A DNA stretch of 64,000 bases. Source: Pelagomonas calceolata (Eukaryota). Within the stretch, counting starts at the first letter, position 1. Each line of letters starts with the position of its first letter. The stretch is from the NCBI GenBank assembly GCA_918797485.1, contig CAKKNE010000003.1, positions 992,001 through 1,056,000 of the forward strand. Reading direction: 5' to 3'. Below are positions 40,068 to 50,808 of the stretch, piece by piece. A program made the position numbers and the translations under genes. Under the pieces are notes generated by a model, which saw only the letters and a program-made list of their open reading frames with translations, was not told the origin of the DNA and did not search any database.

Positions 40068-41846
40068 ATGCCGAACCACACGTTACAAATGCAGGACGAC
40101 ACCTACGACGCCGCCCCGCCGCCGGCGCCCCCGGCGCACGCCGACGCCGACGCGGCCGGCGACGAGCCCGAGCCGAAGCGCTGGCCCGACCCGGCGCCGG
40201 GCACCTGCGCCGAGTCCTTTGGAACGGGTGTAGAGAACGCTACGGAAGAACCGAGAACGTATCGCGAGGGCGAGGAGGTCGACGTGTTTTATCGAGCGTT
40301 GGAAGACGACACGGGCGGCTACTTCCCCTGTGCGGACAGCACGGACAACCTGTGCGGTCCGAGGCTCGCGCGGAGCGACGGCTGGGTGCCGGCCGTCGTC
40401 GAGCGCGCGCACCACGGCTGGGACGGCGAGCAGGTTCTGGTAAGGCACGCGTGGCCGCACTGGCGCGAGCCGGGCGGGCGGCCCCTGGACATGAGTGACG
40501 ATCGGAACGCGGTGCAGCGGTTCGCTCCCTATCGCGTGCGGCCGCGATCTGAAAAACCTGAAAAACCGTCCCTGGATATTTTATTGGTGAGATGGGGCGG
40601 CAAGGAGGACCCCGACGCTTGTGCGGGGCAATATAGTGGAAGTTGGGGCTCGGCAGGTGCCGTCGTGAGCGATCGCTTCGCGAGTGGGTTGCTGGACTTT
40701 GTGCACTGGAAGCTCGGGTGTGATTATGGTGCTTGTACGGCCTACGTGACGTCTGGTTCAGACCTGGAGCGCCTCTGCGAGCGACGCATCACGCAAATGT
40801 TGAAAGGAAAACACGTCGCCGCTTTTTATCTGTTGTGGCCGGCGCGCTTTGATGATGGGACTGCGGGTAGACCTGGCATGGTGCCCGCGGACTCGTTGCT
40901 GGAGCTCATGCGTCGTGTTGAGTCAGCGGGCGTTCCTACGAGATTTCCGCATTCTGCGCATGTCTATCGAGCTCTACTCGCGAAGGAGTGGACGACGGCG
41001 GTAAGCGGTTGCGGTCCTTCGCAAATGAGAGTGCCGGCGACGACGCGCGTCTCGGCGTCGAGTGTCGCGCGCGTGCCGTTCTCCGCCGCGAAGCGCGCCG
41101 TCGACGCGCTGCGGGCCATCAAAGGTGACGAATGTGATCGCGGCGTCGTCAAGCTCGGGTACTCGTGGGAGGCGCTCGATGTGCGCGCGTGGCGCGGCGT
41201 GAGTGATTTGGCGGGCGCGCTGGTCGACGTCCTGCACCAGCCGGGCTGTCGCGCGAGACATGTCTTCGTCCAAGAGTACGTGCGGCATCTGGGGGAGGCG
41301 CGGTGCTATGTGGTGGATGGCCGCGTCGCGAAGATTTTATTTACGCGCTTCGAGCCGCCCGACGACGAGGGCGACGACGCCGGCCGCTTCTGCACCTTCA
41401 AGGAGGTTCCCCGTTCAACAATCTTGGAGGGCTGGTGCGAGAATAGTCCCGAGAGGTTGCAGGCGTTGGACACGGCACTACGGGGCCTCTGCGCGACGTG
41501 GGGGACGTGGCTCCTGGCTTTGGATGCCGAGCCGCAGCCGTTCTATAGGATAGACGCCTTCGTGTGGTGGGATGAGAACGGCTGGCGTTTGACCACGGGC
41601 GAGATCACGGAGCTCGGCGGGTCTTTTTTGGGATGGCGCGACGGGCCGCGCGTCGTCTTCGAGGCCGTCCTGCGGAGCTGCTTCCGCGACGGGGCGCTCG
41701 AGGCGTGGGAGGGCCGCCGGCGCGCGGACGACGCGACGCCCGACCGGTCGCCGACGCCCGGCGACGGCGACGACGAGGACGACGCGCGGCCGGGGTGGAG
41801 CGAGGAGCCTCCTGCGCTGCCGGTGGCGGACTATTTATCCCAGTGA
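40068..41846 (+). CDS. ATP-grasp-fold hypothetical protein
   Basis: PTRFPH, VPATT, VVKLGYSWE, VFVQEYV, RIDAF and GEITELG order fits ATP-grasp. Confidence 0.55.
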   Translation: MPNHTLQMQDDTYDAAPPPAPPAHADADAAGDEPEPKRWPDPAPGTCAESFGTGVENATEEPRTYREGEEVDVFYRALEDDTGGYFPCADSTDNLCGPRLARSDGWVPAVVERAHHGWDGEQVLVRHAWPHWREPGGRPLDMSDDRNAVQRFAPYRVRPRSEKPEKPSLDILLVRWGGKEDPDACAGQYSGSWGSAGAVVSDRFASGLLDFVHWKLGCDYGACTAYVTSGSDLERLCERRITQMLKGKHVAAFYLLWPARFDDGTAGRPGMVPADSLLELMRRVESAGVPTRFPHSAHVYRALLAKEWTTAVSGCGPSQMRVPATTRVSASSVARVPFSAAKRAVDALRAIKGDECDRGVVKLGYSWEALDVRAWRGVSDLAGALVDVLHQPGCRARHVFVQEYVRHLGEARCYVVDGRVAKILFTRFEPPDDEGDDAGRFCTFKEVPRSTILEGWCENSPERLQALDTALRGLCATWGTWLLALDAEPQPFYRIDAFVWWDENGWRLTTGEITELGGSFLGWRDGPRVVFEAVLRSCFRDGALEAWEGRRRADDATPDRSPTPGDGDDEDDARPGWSEEPPALPVADYLSQ

Positions 41847-41891
41847 ATATTTTTTATGTTACTATGGCTGCGTTTTGCGGGCGCCATGGCC

Positions 41892-41915
41892 GCTAGTGTC
41901 TTACATGCCGCTAGT
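41892..41915 (-). promoter_or_regulatory. CTAG-box element ACTAGCGGCATGTAAGACACTAGC
   Basis: 80 bp upstream of the MCM9 ATG. Confidence 0.75.
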
Positions 41916-41995
41916 AATCCGCGCGCGACGAACTTGCGCGGGAACCGGTCCCATTGATCGAAATTGGCGCGAGAAGCACAAACGCAGTGCTAAAA

Positions 41996-44155
41996 ATGGC
42001 CAGAACCCCGCGCGCCACGCCGACGCCGGCCCGCACGCAGCAGCGCACGCAGCAGCGCGCGCCACACGCGCCGCGCCCGCCGCCGAATGAGTCAGAGGGC
42101 TGGCGGCGACTCTCGAAAGACGCGTGGAAGGAGAAATTCGCGGCGTTCGTGCGACGCCCGCGAGATGGAAGGAGAGCGCTCCAAGCCGTCGTGAGCGGCG
42201 AGGACGCGGCGGGCGACGCGAGGGGCGTCGGCGTGCCCGTGGATCTGTGCGAGCTCGCTAGATTTGATGCCGGCGCGGCACAGGGCTTACTGCGGTGGCC
42301 CGAGAAACTCCTCCCGGTCTTCGACGAGGCGCTGAACGACGGCGTCAAGGCGCTCCTCTCGTCGCAGACGGCCTCGCGGCACCCGGACTGGCGCGAGCGC
42401 AAGGCCCGAGCGCGGTTACGCCACTGCCCGCCGTTATCTGCCCACCGCAAGCCCAACGTCTCCGCTCTACGGTGTGGAGACGTCGGGCCTTTAGTGCAAA
42501 TCGAAGGGACGGTCGTACGAACGGGCGCCGTCCGAGTCTTGGAAGCACAAAGGTGGTACCGCTGCCTGGACCAGCGGTGCGAGCACGTCTTCCCCGTGAA
42601 GCCCGACGCGGCCCAGGGTAACGTGTTTGAAGCGCCCAAAAGATGCCCCGGCCAGGACGGGTCCTGCGGGAGCCGGCGCTTCGTCGAGGTCGAGCGGGAA
42701 AACGCGGACTACCAGGAGTTGCGCGTCCAGGAGCACGTCGAGCGCTTGGGCGTCGGCGCCATCCCACGGAGTTTGACCGTCGTCGTGACGTACGACTTGG
42801 CGGACGCGTCGACGGCCGGCGACGCGGTTGCTGTCACCGGTTATCTCGAGAGAAGGTGGCAGCCCCACTACAAGGACGTGCGGGTCGACGTGGATCTTGT
42901 ACTAAGGGCGTGCGACGTGCGGCCCGTCGCCGCGGCGCACGCGCCGGGCGCCGCACGAGCGACGGAGGAGGACGTCGCCGCGTTCCGGGCCTTATGGAGA
43001 AGGGCGGCGCGGAGCCAGGCGCCCCTGGCCGCGCGCGACGTGTTGATCGATTCCGTGTGTCCTCGGATATTTGGGCGGCGGACGCTGAAGCTAGCCGTGC
43101 TACTGACGGCGGTCGGCGGCGTCGGTTCCGACGAACGCGACCAGGATGAGGAAGAACACGTGACGCGCACGCGGGGCACGCCCCATTTGCTGCTGGTGGG
43201 CGACCCGGGCACGGGCAAGTCCCAATTTTTGAGGTTTATGGCCAAGTTGGCGCCGCGGTCGATCCTCACGACCGGCTGCGGCACGACGTCGGCGGGCCTC
43301 ACGTGCAGCGCGGTCAAAGATAATGGAGAGTGGACCCTCGAGGCCGGCGCGTTGGTTTTGGCGGATAAAGGTGTGTGCTGCATCGACGAGTTCGGCGCGA
43401 TCAAGGCCGGCGATAGGGCCGCGATCCACGAGGCCATGGAGCAGCAGACGCTGTCCGTGGCCAAGGCGGGCTTGGTCTGCACGCTCGCGGCGCGCTGCGC
43501 GGTCATGGCCTGCGCGAACCCGAAGGGCGGCGTGTTTGATAGTCGCGCGGATCTGTCCGTGAACACGTCGCTGCCCCCGTCGTTGCTGTCGAGGTTCGAC
43601 GTCATTCTGGTGGTTGTGGATGCGCCGGACGCGTCCTGGGACCGAGCTGTGAGCGCTCAAATTTTAAATTCGTCCATACGGCCGGGCTGCGGTTCCTTGG
43701 ATCCACTAGATGATGGCGACGAGCGACCGGCGAAGCGCAAGCGCGTCGCCCCGCGGCCCAAGGCCTGGTCCCTGGATCGCCTGCGGCGCTACGTCGCCTA
43801 CGTCCGGGAGCAGTTCAAGCCGACGCTCGGCGACGACGCCGCGCGCGTCGTGGAGGCCTACTACGCGCGGCAGCGGCGCGGCGCGGCGGCGGCCTCGGGA
43901 CGGGCGACGATCCGCATGCTCGAGAGTCTCGTCCGATTGGCCCAGGCCCACGCGCGGCTCTGCTGCCGGCCCGAGTGCAACGCGCAGGACGCCGTCGTCG
44001 CGTGCCTGCTGGTGGACAAGTCCATGGCGCAGAACGCGGTCTTCGCGGCGGAGACGGACCCTATCGCCGAGCTGACGGTGTCGACGGACTCCGACGCCTA
44101 CTACCTCTACCAGTACGCGCAGGTGTCGGCGGCGTTGGGGTTGGGCGGCGAGTAA
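41996..44155 (+). CDS. MCM9: DNA helicase MCM9
   Basis: HLLLVGDPGTGKSQFL, TTGCGTTSAGLT, EAGALVLADKGVCCIDEF, IHEAMEQQTLSVAKAG and SRFD. Confidence 0.88.
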   Translation: MARTPRATPTPARTQQRTQQRAPHAPRPPPNESEGWRRLSKDAWKEKFAAFVRRPRDGRRALQAVVSGEDAAGDARGVGVPVDLCELARFDAGAAQGLLRWPEKLLPVFDEALNDGVKALLSSQTASRHPDWRERKARARLRHCPPLSAHRKPNVSALRCGDVGPLVQIEGTVVRTGAVRVLEAQRWYRCLDQRCEHVFPVKPDAAQGNVFEAPKRCPGQDGSCGSRRFVEVERENADYQELRVQEHVERLGVGAIPRSLTVVVTYDLADASTAGDAVAVTGYLERRWQPHYKDVRVDVDLVLRACDVRPVAAAHAPGAARATEEDVAAFRALWRRAARSQAPLAARDVLIDSVCPRIFGRRTLKLAVLLTAVGGVGSDERDQDEEEHVTRTRGTPHLLLVGDPGTGKSQFLRFMAKLAPRSILTTGCGTTSAGLTCSAVKDNGEWTLEAGALVLADKGVCCIDEFGAIKAGDRAAIHEAMEQQTLSVAKAGLVCTLAARCAVMACANPKGGVFDSRADLSVNTSLPPSLLSRFDVILVVVDAPDASWDRAVSAQILNSSIRPGCGSLDPLDDGDERPAKRKRVAPRPKAWSLDRLRRYVAYVREQFKPTLGDDAARVVEAYYARQRRGAAAASGRATIRMLESLVRLAQAHARLCCRPECNAQDAVVACLLVDKSMAQNAVFAAETDPIAELTVSTDSDAYYLYQYAQVSAALGLGGE

Positions 44156-44357
44156 GTTGTGTTTGTGTACCGGGTTCTACGCGCGGGTTTCGCGAGCGGC
44201 ATTCATTCAATCGTCACGGCACACGCTCCGGTAGCCCTATCTGGTAGCCCTTGCTTGAGCGTGCAGGGTTTCCGCGCGCGCGCGGCGCGGAAATGAGACA
44301 ACGCCCAGACAGCCAAATTGAGCTGGGAGCAGGGACTTACGGGGAACGAGAACTGAA

Positions 44358-47300
44358 ATGCTGCGGGCCGCCCTGTTGCTCATGGGCAGCGCCGCGCTGC
44401 CGCTCCGGGCTCCCGCGCGCGGCCCCAGGCTGCGCACATGCAACAAGCCCTGGAGGGGCTGCCCCGAGGAGGGCGGCGACCTCGGCGAGAAATTAACAGG
44501 CTTCTCCGAGGCCATGGCCATGTACGACGACGACCAAAGCGGCAGCGCGTCCGCCTGGACCGGCGAGAACGGCCTCGACCGCGCTGCCTCCAAGGGCTTG
44601 GCGACGAGCGCCGCTGCGACGGCGCTGCGCCAGCTCTACAAGAACCACGGGGCGGACGGCCTCTACGCCGACGCGTTCGACTCCGAGACTATAAAAACCG
44701 CGGCGAAGGCCGAGCTCGGCGAGAACGGCCTCGACCGCGCTGCCTCCAAGGTATTCGCGACGAGCGTCGCCGTGACGATGGCGCGGCTCCAGCTCTACCA
44801 AAACGACGCGGCCAACGGCGGCGTCGACGAAGAAGAAGCGGCCCAGGGCTACCTCGGGCGGGCTCTCGTCAAGTTACTTGCAATTTTGCTAGAACTTGTT
44901 TTGGGACTCTTCGTGTTCGGAAGGATTATTCCGCGGCGCAGTAGCTTGGCGAAGGGCGCGGCCTGGCGCTCGTGTATCGTCGGCTACCTGCTCTTTTGGC
45001 CAGAGATCGCCCTCGTGGCGGCGGCGGCGACTTCGGTCCGCGGCAGCGACTACACCATTACGAAGACCAAGATCAAGACCAATGAGTCTCCGAGCTCGTC
45101 AGTCCAAAGCCTTGAGCAGCGGCGCGTGCTCTCGGGCTATGTGGACTGGGGAAATGGGAATGGCTGGTGCATGTCCGGGCTCGATGAAGAGATTGGCAGG
45201 GGAGTGTCCGATGCCAACGCCTGCTGGACGATGTGCGAGGATGAGTACGGCTCCGGCCTCGTGGCCATCGACTGGTCCGCCGCCGACGGCGAGTGCTACT
45301 GCCAGAACGACTGTCAGTGCATGGAGGACCACTACGACGCAGAAACCTACCTTGTCACGCGCGACTATTTCGCAACGCTTCCCGACAATTGCCCAGGCTA
45401 TGCAATGACCGATGACACCATCAGAACGGCCGTCGCGGCGTGGACCTCGGACGCGACTGCCGCCATGGATACGTACGGCCACATTTCTACTTGGAATACT
45501 GAAGGGGTGACGGACATGTCGTGGTTGTTTTGCGTGCGGGAGAATTGGATGGAAGGCGAGTCATGGGCGGACAACTGCGTCTTATCGACGTCGTCCTTCA
45601 TCGAAGACATCGGCGCGTGGGAAACCTACAACGTCAAGGACATGCGCTACATGTTCTACCGCGCCTTGGCCTTCAACCAGGACATCGGCGCGTGGGACAC
45701 CTCGGGTGTCACAACGATGATCTCCATGTTCCACGGCGCCTACGCCTTCAACCAGGACATCGGCGCGTGGGACACCTCCGGCGTCACGTCGATGGCGGAA
45801 ATGTTCCTGGAAGCCTCGGCCTTTAACCAGGACATCGGCGCGTGGGACACCTCTGGCGTCACGGTCATGGTCCAGATGTTCCACGTCGCCTTGGCCTTCA
45901 ACCAGGACATCGGCGCGTGGGACACCTCCGGCGTCACGTCGATGGCGGAAATGTTCTACGAAGCCTCGGCCTTTAACCAGGACATCGGCGCGTGGGACAC
46001 CTCGGGCGTCAGGAACATGCAATCCATATTCGAGCGCGCCTCGTCCTTTAACCAGGACCTCGGCTGGTGCGTGGACGACAATGTTGATTTTGACGACAAT
46101 GGAAAAACTTTTCAAGACGCGTTCGACGGCACCCAGTGCGCGTCGACGTCCTGCGGCGTCCTGCAGGGCGCCGCCTGCGCGCCGACGCCCGCGCCGACGT
46201 CGAAGTACTGGGGAAATGGGAATGGCTGGTGCATGTCCGGGCTCGACGAATTGATTGGCATGACGTCCGATGCCAACGCCTGCTGGACGATGTGCGAGGA
46301 TGAGTACGGCTCCGGCCTCGTGGCCATCGACTGGTCCGCCGACAACGGCGAGTGCTACTGCCAGAACGACTGTCAGTGCATGGAGGACTTACAAGACGCG
46401 GGAACCTATCTTGTCACGCGCGACTATATCGCAGCGCTTCCCGACAAATGCCCAGGCTATGCAATGACCGATGACACCATCAGAACGGCCGTCGCGGCGT
46501 GGACCTCGGACGCGACTGCCGCCATGGATACGTACGGCCACATTTCTACTTGGGAGACTGAAGGGGTGACGGACATGTCGAGGTTGTTTTGCGTGCGGCA
46601 GGATTGGATGGAAGGCGATTCGTGGTGGGACGATTGCGTCTTATCGACGTCGTCCTTCAACGAGGACATCGGCGCGTGGGACACCTCTGACGTCAAGGAC
46701 ATGCGCTACATGTTCTACCGCGCCTACGCCTTCGACCAGGACATCGGCGATTGGGACACCTCGGGCGTCACGGCCATGGACGAAATGTTCGGCCGTGCCT
46801 GGGCCTTCAACCAGGACATCGGCGCGTGGGACACCTCCGGCGTCACGTCGATGGCGGAAATGTTCTGCGAAGCATCGGCCTTTAACCAGGACATCGGCGC
46901 GTGGGACACCTCGGGCGTCAGGAACATGGTGGACATGTTCTACGAAGCCTTGGCCTTTAACCAGGACCTCGGCTGGTGCATGGACGACAACGTTGTCTTT
47001 GACCCCCACAACGAGGGCAAGGACATTCAAGACGCGTTCTACAGGACCCCATGCGAGTCGACGTCCTGCGGCGTCGTGCAAATGGACACCTGCGCGACGC
47101 CCCCGCCAACGCCGCAAGTATTGCCCACCAACTCTCGCGCCACCCTCGAGGGATCGATGACTTGCGCGGGCATCTCGCTGGCGGACGCAGAGTCGAACGC
47201 GGGCGTCTACGCGTCGGCAGTCGCCGACGTATACGACGTCCAAGCCAACAGGGTTACCGTGACGTTTTCATCTGGCCGAAGGCGTCTCCAGAGCGGCAGT

Positions 47301-49703
47301 GTCGTCGTCGACTACACAATTCTCTACGCAACCATGGCGGACGCGACGGCCGCAGTTGCATTGGTTCCCACAGCCACCGTCTTCGACGCTGCCGTTCAGA
47401 CCGCCGCGGCCGACGCGGGTGTCTCCGGCGTTTTCGCCGGAGCCACCGTCGAGGCTGTGGCCCCGCCCGTTGCAGCGCAGACGGTCTCGACCACCTACGA
47501 CGACGACGACGATGACGACGAGTGCGACGGCGGTTGCATCGCCTTCCTCCTCATAGTCTGCGTCATGTTACCATTATGCTGCCTCTGTGGCATCGTTTAC
47601 CTCTGCCGCAAGATGATGTGCAAGAAAAAGGACGAGGGCACGAAGGTCGCGCCGACGCAGCAGCAGACCATGACCATCACGATTCCACCGGGCGCGGCGC
47701 CTGGCGCATCGCTCCGGGTTATGACGCCATCGGGACAACCCATAGACATCGTCGTCCCGCCCGGCGCTGGACCCGGGACCCAGCTCCAGGTGCCGGTGCC
47801 GGCGCCTCAACCGGTGCGGCAACCGGCGGCAGCGTCCGCCACGGGCAACAAGCTCGCCTTCGGTGGCGCAGCGGCCGGCGCCGCGGCCGGCGCCGCGGCC
47901 GGCGCCGCGCTCACGACGTCGCAGATGGACATCCTCGGGCCGCTCTCCGGGGTTCTGGCGGCGCTCCCCGCGGCCGCGCCGCCGCCGCTCAATATGTGTC
48001 TGATGCCGTTCACGAGCGCCTTAGCCGAGCTCGGCATCGCGGTGCGCCAGGTGCGCTTCAACAAGGAAGCTGCGGCCATGCTGCAGCGGCGCGGAACGGA
48101 GATCGCCCAGAAGCTCCAGGACGTCGTCAAAGCGACGCAGGGCCTGCCGACGGGACAGGTCGAGGCCGTCGCTCGGACGGTGACGGCCATCGGCCAGGCG
48201 CTCGACGAGGCGGCCAAGTTCCTCCAGCAGTTCTCGAAGAAGGGCGCGTTTAAGAAGCTCTGCTCCGGCTCGCTCGACGCGCGGCAGTTCGGGCTCCTCG
48301 ACAAGCGGCTCTGCGAGCTCAGCAACGAGCTCGGCTCGGCGTTGGACCTCCAACAGCTCGCGCTCCAGGCGCAGCGGTTCGAGAAGATCGAGGGCTTGAT
48401 CCAGCTTCTGGGCCAGCAGACGGTCGACGCGAACAACCAGGCGGCGGCGCAGCGGGCGGCGATCATGTGCGGCATCCAGAAGGGCAGCGCCGTCGAGAGC
48501 GAGGAGCTCTCGGCGCTCGGCCTGAAGCTGGACCAGATCGCCGCGGACGTGAGCACGGTCATCGACCAGAACACGAAGCAGCAGGAGTCGCTCGACGAAG
48601 TGAAGGAGATGGTGGCGGCGAAGAACTCGAAGCTGCGGGGTCGGGCGCTGGCGCGCCAGGATAAAGATAGGGCGCTCGAGGAGCTGGAGATCGAGTTGGA
48701 CTCGGTCGAAGAGAAGCCCATCGCGAAGGGCTCTCAGGGCGCCGTTCACAAGGCTTCGTACCAAGGCGACGTGGTCGCGCTGAAGAAGATGAGTCTCGTC
48801 CTGTGTGGAAATCAACCAGTGCATCGGGTGCACCGACAATTCTTCACTAAGTCATTTCTCGGCGATGACGCGGCCGTCCTGGCTCGGTCAAGCGGTGAGG
48901 AACCGGCATCGCCACGCCATCGAGCAGACATCGCGTCGATGGCGTGGAGGACGACGCGATGATTCAGCACGAACACAGGTCTTATCGGCATCACGGCGAC
49001 GAAGCGGAACAAGATGATGCGGGACTTTTCGACGGAGCTGGCCATCATGGTGAAGCTTCGGAGTCCGCGCATCGTCGCCGTGTATGGGGTGGTGACGACG
49101 GACACGACTTGGCTGGGCCTCGTCGTCGAGTACTGCGGCGGCGGTGACCTGCGCGAGGCGCTCGACGCCGACGACGCGGCAAGTATTGACGAAGCGCAGC
49201 GGCGGAGCTGGCTATCAGACATCGCGCTCGGCATGGCGTACCTCTACTCCAAGGGCGTGGAGCATCGCGACCTCAAGACGTTAAACATCCTCCTCGACGG
49301 CGACCGGCGCTGCAAGGTAACGGACTTCGGTTTGAGCAAATCCGAGTCTCTTGCCACGGCGGCGACGCAGGCGACGGCCGGGGGGGATGCGAAGGGCACG
49401 CCTGCGTACATGGCGCCCGAATTACTCCAGCACAACATTTTCACGGAAAAGGGCGACGTGTACGCCTACGGCATGATCGTCTTCGAGGTACTTACCGGAG
49501 ATACGCCATGGTCGGGCCTCAATCAGATGCAAATCATGATGCAGGTGTGCATTCAGAAGGACCGCCCGAAGATCGACGGCGACGCGCCCGCGGACCTCGT
49601 CGCGTTGATGCAGAGGTGCTGGGCGCCCGAGCCCGACGCTCGACCCTGCTTCGCCGACATCAAAGCCGAGCTCCGCGGCGGCCCCGATACTCCTGCGAAG
49701 TGA
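44358..49703 (+). CDS. Receptor-like kinase: 2x(Cys-rich module + DUF285 repeats), TM, MLKL-like helical domain, TKL kinase; 2 exons (intron 48793-48978)
   Basis: MFxxAxAFNQDIGAWDTSGV repeats, TM IAFLLIVCVMLPLCCLCGIVYL, and VALKK, HRDLKTLN, DFG and APE motifs. Splicing gives KKMSLIGITATKRNKMMRDF. True start uncertain. Confidence 0.85.
45145..47100 (+). repeat. Intragenic duplication of about 1 kb (units from 45145 and 46207) holding 75-bp DUF285 repeats (6 and 4 units)
   Basis: Near-identical ACTGGGGAAATGGGAATGGCTGGTGCATGTCCGGGCTCGA starts and colinear downstream sequence. Confidence 0.92.
48793..48978 (+). mobile_element. Introner element (186-nt GT-AG intron) with collapsed right TIR, in the kinase domain
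   Basis: Left TIR intact at 48801, body matches the 32309 copy, and it ends GAACACAG. TSD GTCTCGTC / GTCTTATC. Confidence 0.92.
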
Positions 49704-50650
49704 TCCGAACGCCCGCACCTCGGCTTCTACTGCGGGAAATCTTACCATACCCTAGCACGCTAGTAGGATATCCTCCCCCCCTTCCTTCATCCTATCTTGT
49801 TCTCACTACATTCAAGCGTAATCATGATAAGAACTCATATTACCTCAAATTCAGGGCTATCCCCTTACGGGAGCATGTCAAACTCCTTAGTCGCCATACC
49901 CGCTGGGTGGCTGGCAGCTTCGCGCTGTCGGCCTACCGTTTTCCACATCTACTGTAATAAATATATAAATTAGAAATCGAGGACTGAGGGGGGGCACATC
50001 ACGTAACGACCCTTTCAATGAAATCCCAAGAGAACTGCGAAAGACGCCGCCCACCGCCTCGCATGATCGTCTTCGAGGTACTTACCGGAGATACGCCATG
50101 GTCGGGCCTCAATCAGATGCAAATCATGATGCAGGTGTGCATTCAGAAGGACCGCCCGAAGATCGACGGCGACGCGCCCGCGGACCTCGTCGCGTTGATG
50201 CAGAGGTGCTGGGCGCCCGAGCCCGACGCTCGACCCTGCTTCGCCGACATCAAAGCCGAGCTCCGCGGCGGCCCCGATACTCCTGCGAAGTGATCCGAAC
50301 GCCCGCACCTCGGCTTCTACTGCGGGAAATCTTACCATACCCTAGCACGCTAGTAGGATATCCTCCCCCCCTTCCTTCATCCTATCTTGTTCTCACTACA
50401 TTCAAGCGTAATCATGATAAGAACTCATATTACCTCAAATTCAGGGCTATCCCCTTACGGGAGCATGTCAAACTCCTTAGTCGCCATACCCGCTGGGTGG
50501 CTGGCAGCTTCGCGCTGTCGGCCTACCGTTTTCCACATCTACTGTAATAAATATATAAATTAGAAATCGAGGACTGAGGGGGGGCACATCACGTAACGAC
50601 CCTTTCAATGAAATCCCAAGAGAACTGCGAAAGACGCCGCCCACCGCCTC
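49471..50650. repeat. Apparently exact 590-bp tandem duplication (kinase 3' end plus 3' flank)
   Basis: 49471-50060 repeats as 50061-50650. Duplicate ORFs appear 590 bp apart in the ORF track. Confidence 0.95.
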
Positions 50651-50808
50651 TCAGGCGTCAGCGCCGTGATCCCCCTCCCTTCCTCGCTCCGCCAAGGTCG
50701 AGGCGTCCATGCACAACTAGCCCCTGAACATCCCCCCCCCCCCCCCCCGTCGTAAAACAATCGGAGGGCGACGTGGCTAGGTCCTAGCTCTAAGCAAAGG
50801 CAAAACAA

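Noticed and set aside
45600..46980. Regular 75-bp repeats with variable interiors resembling a CRISPR array
   Set aside because: They are in-frame coding DUF285 repeats, the variable parts are homologous to each other, and no cas genes are present.
50018..50293. Second small kinase ORF
   Set aside because: Only the duplicated C-lobe tail from the 590-bp repeat.
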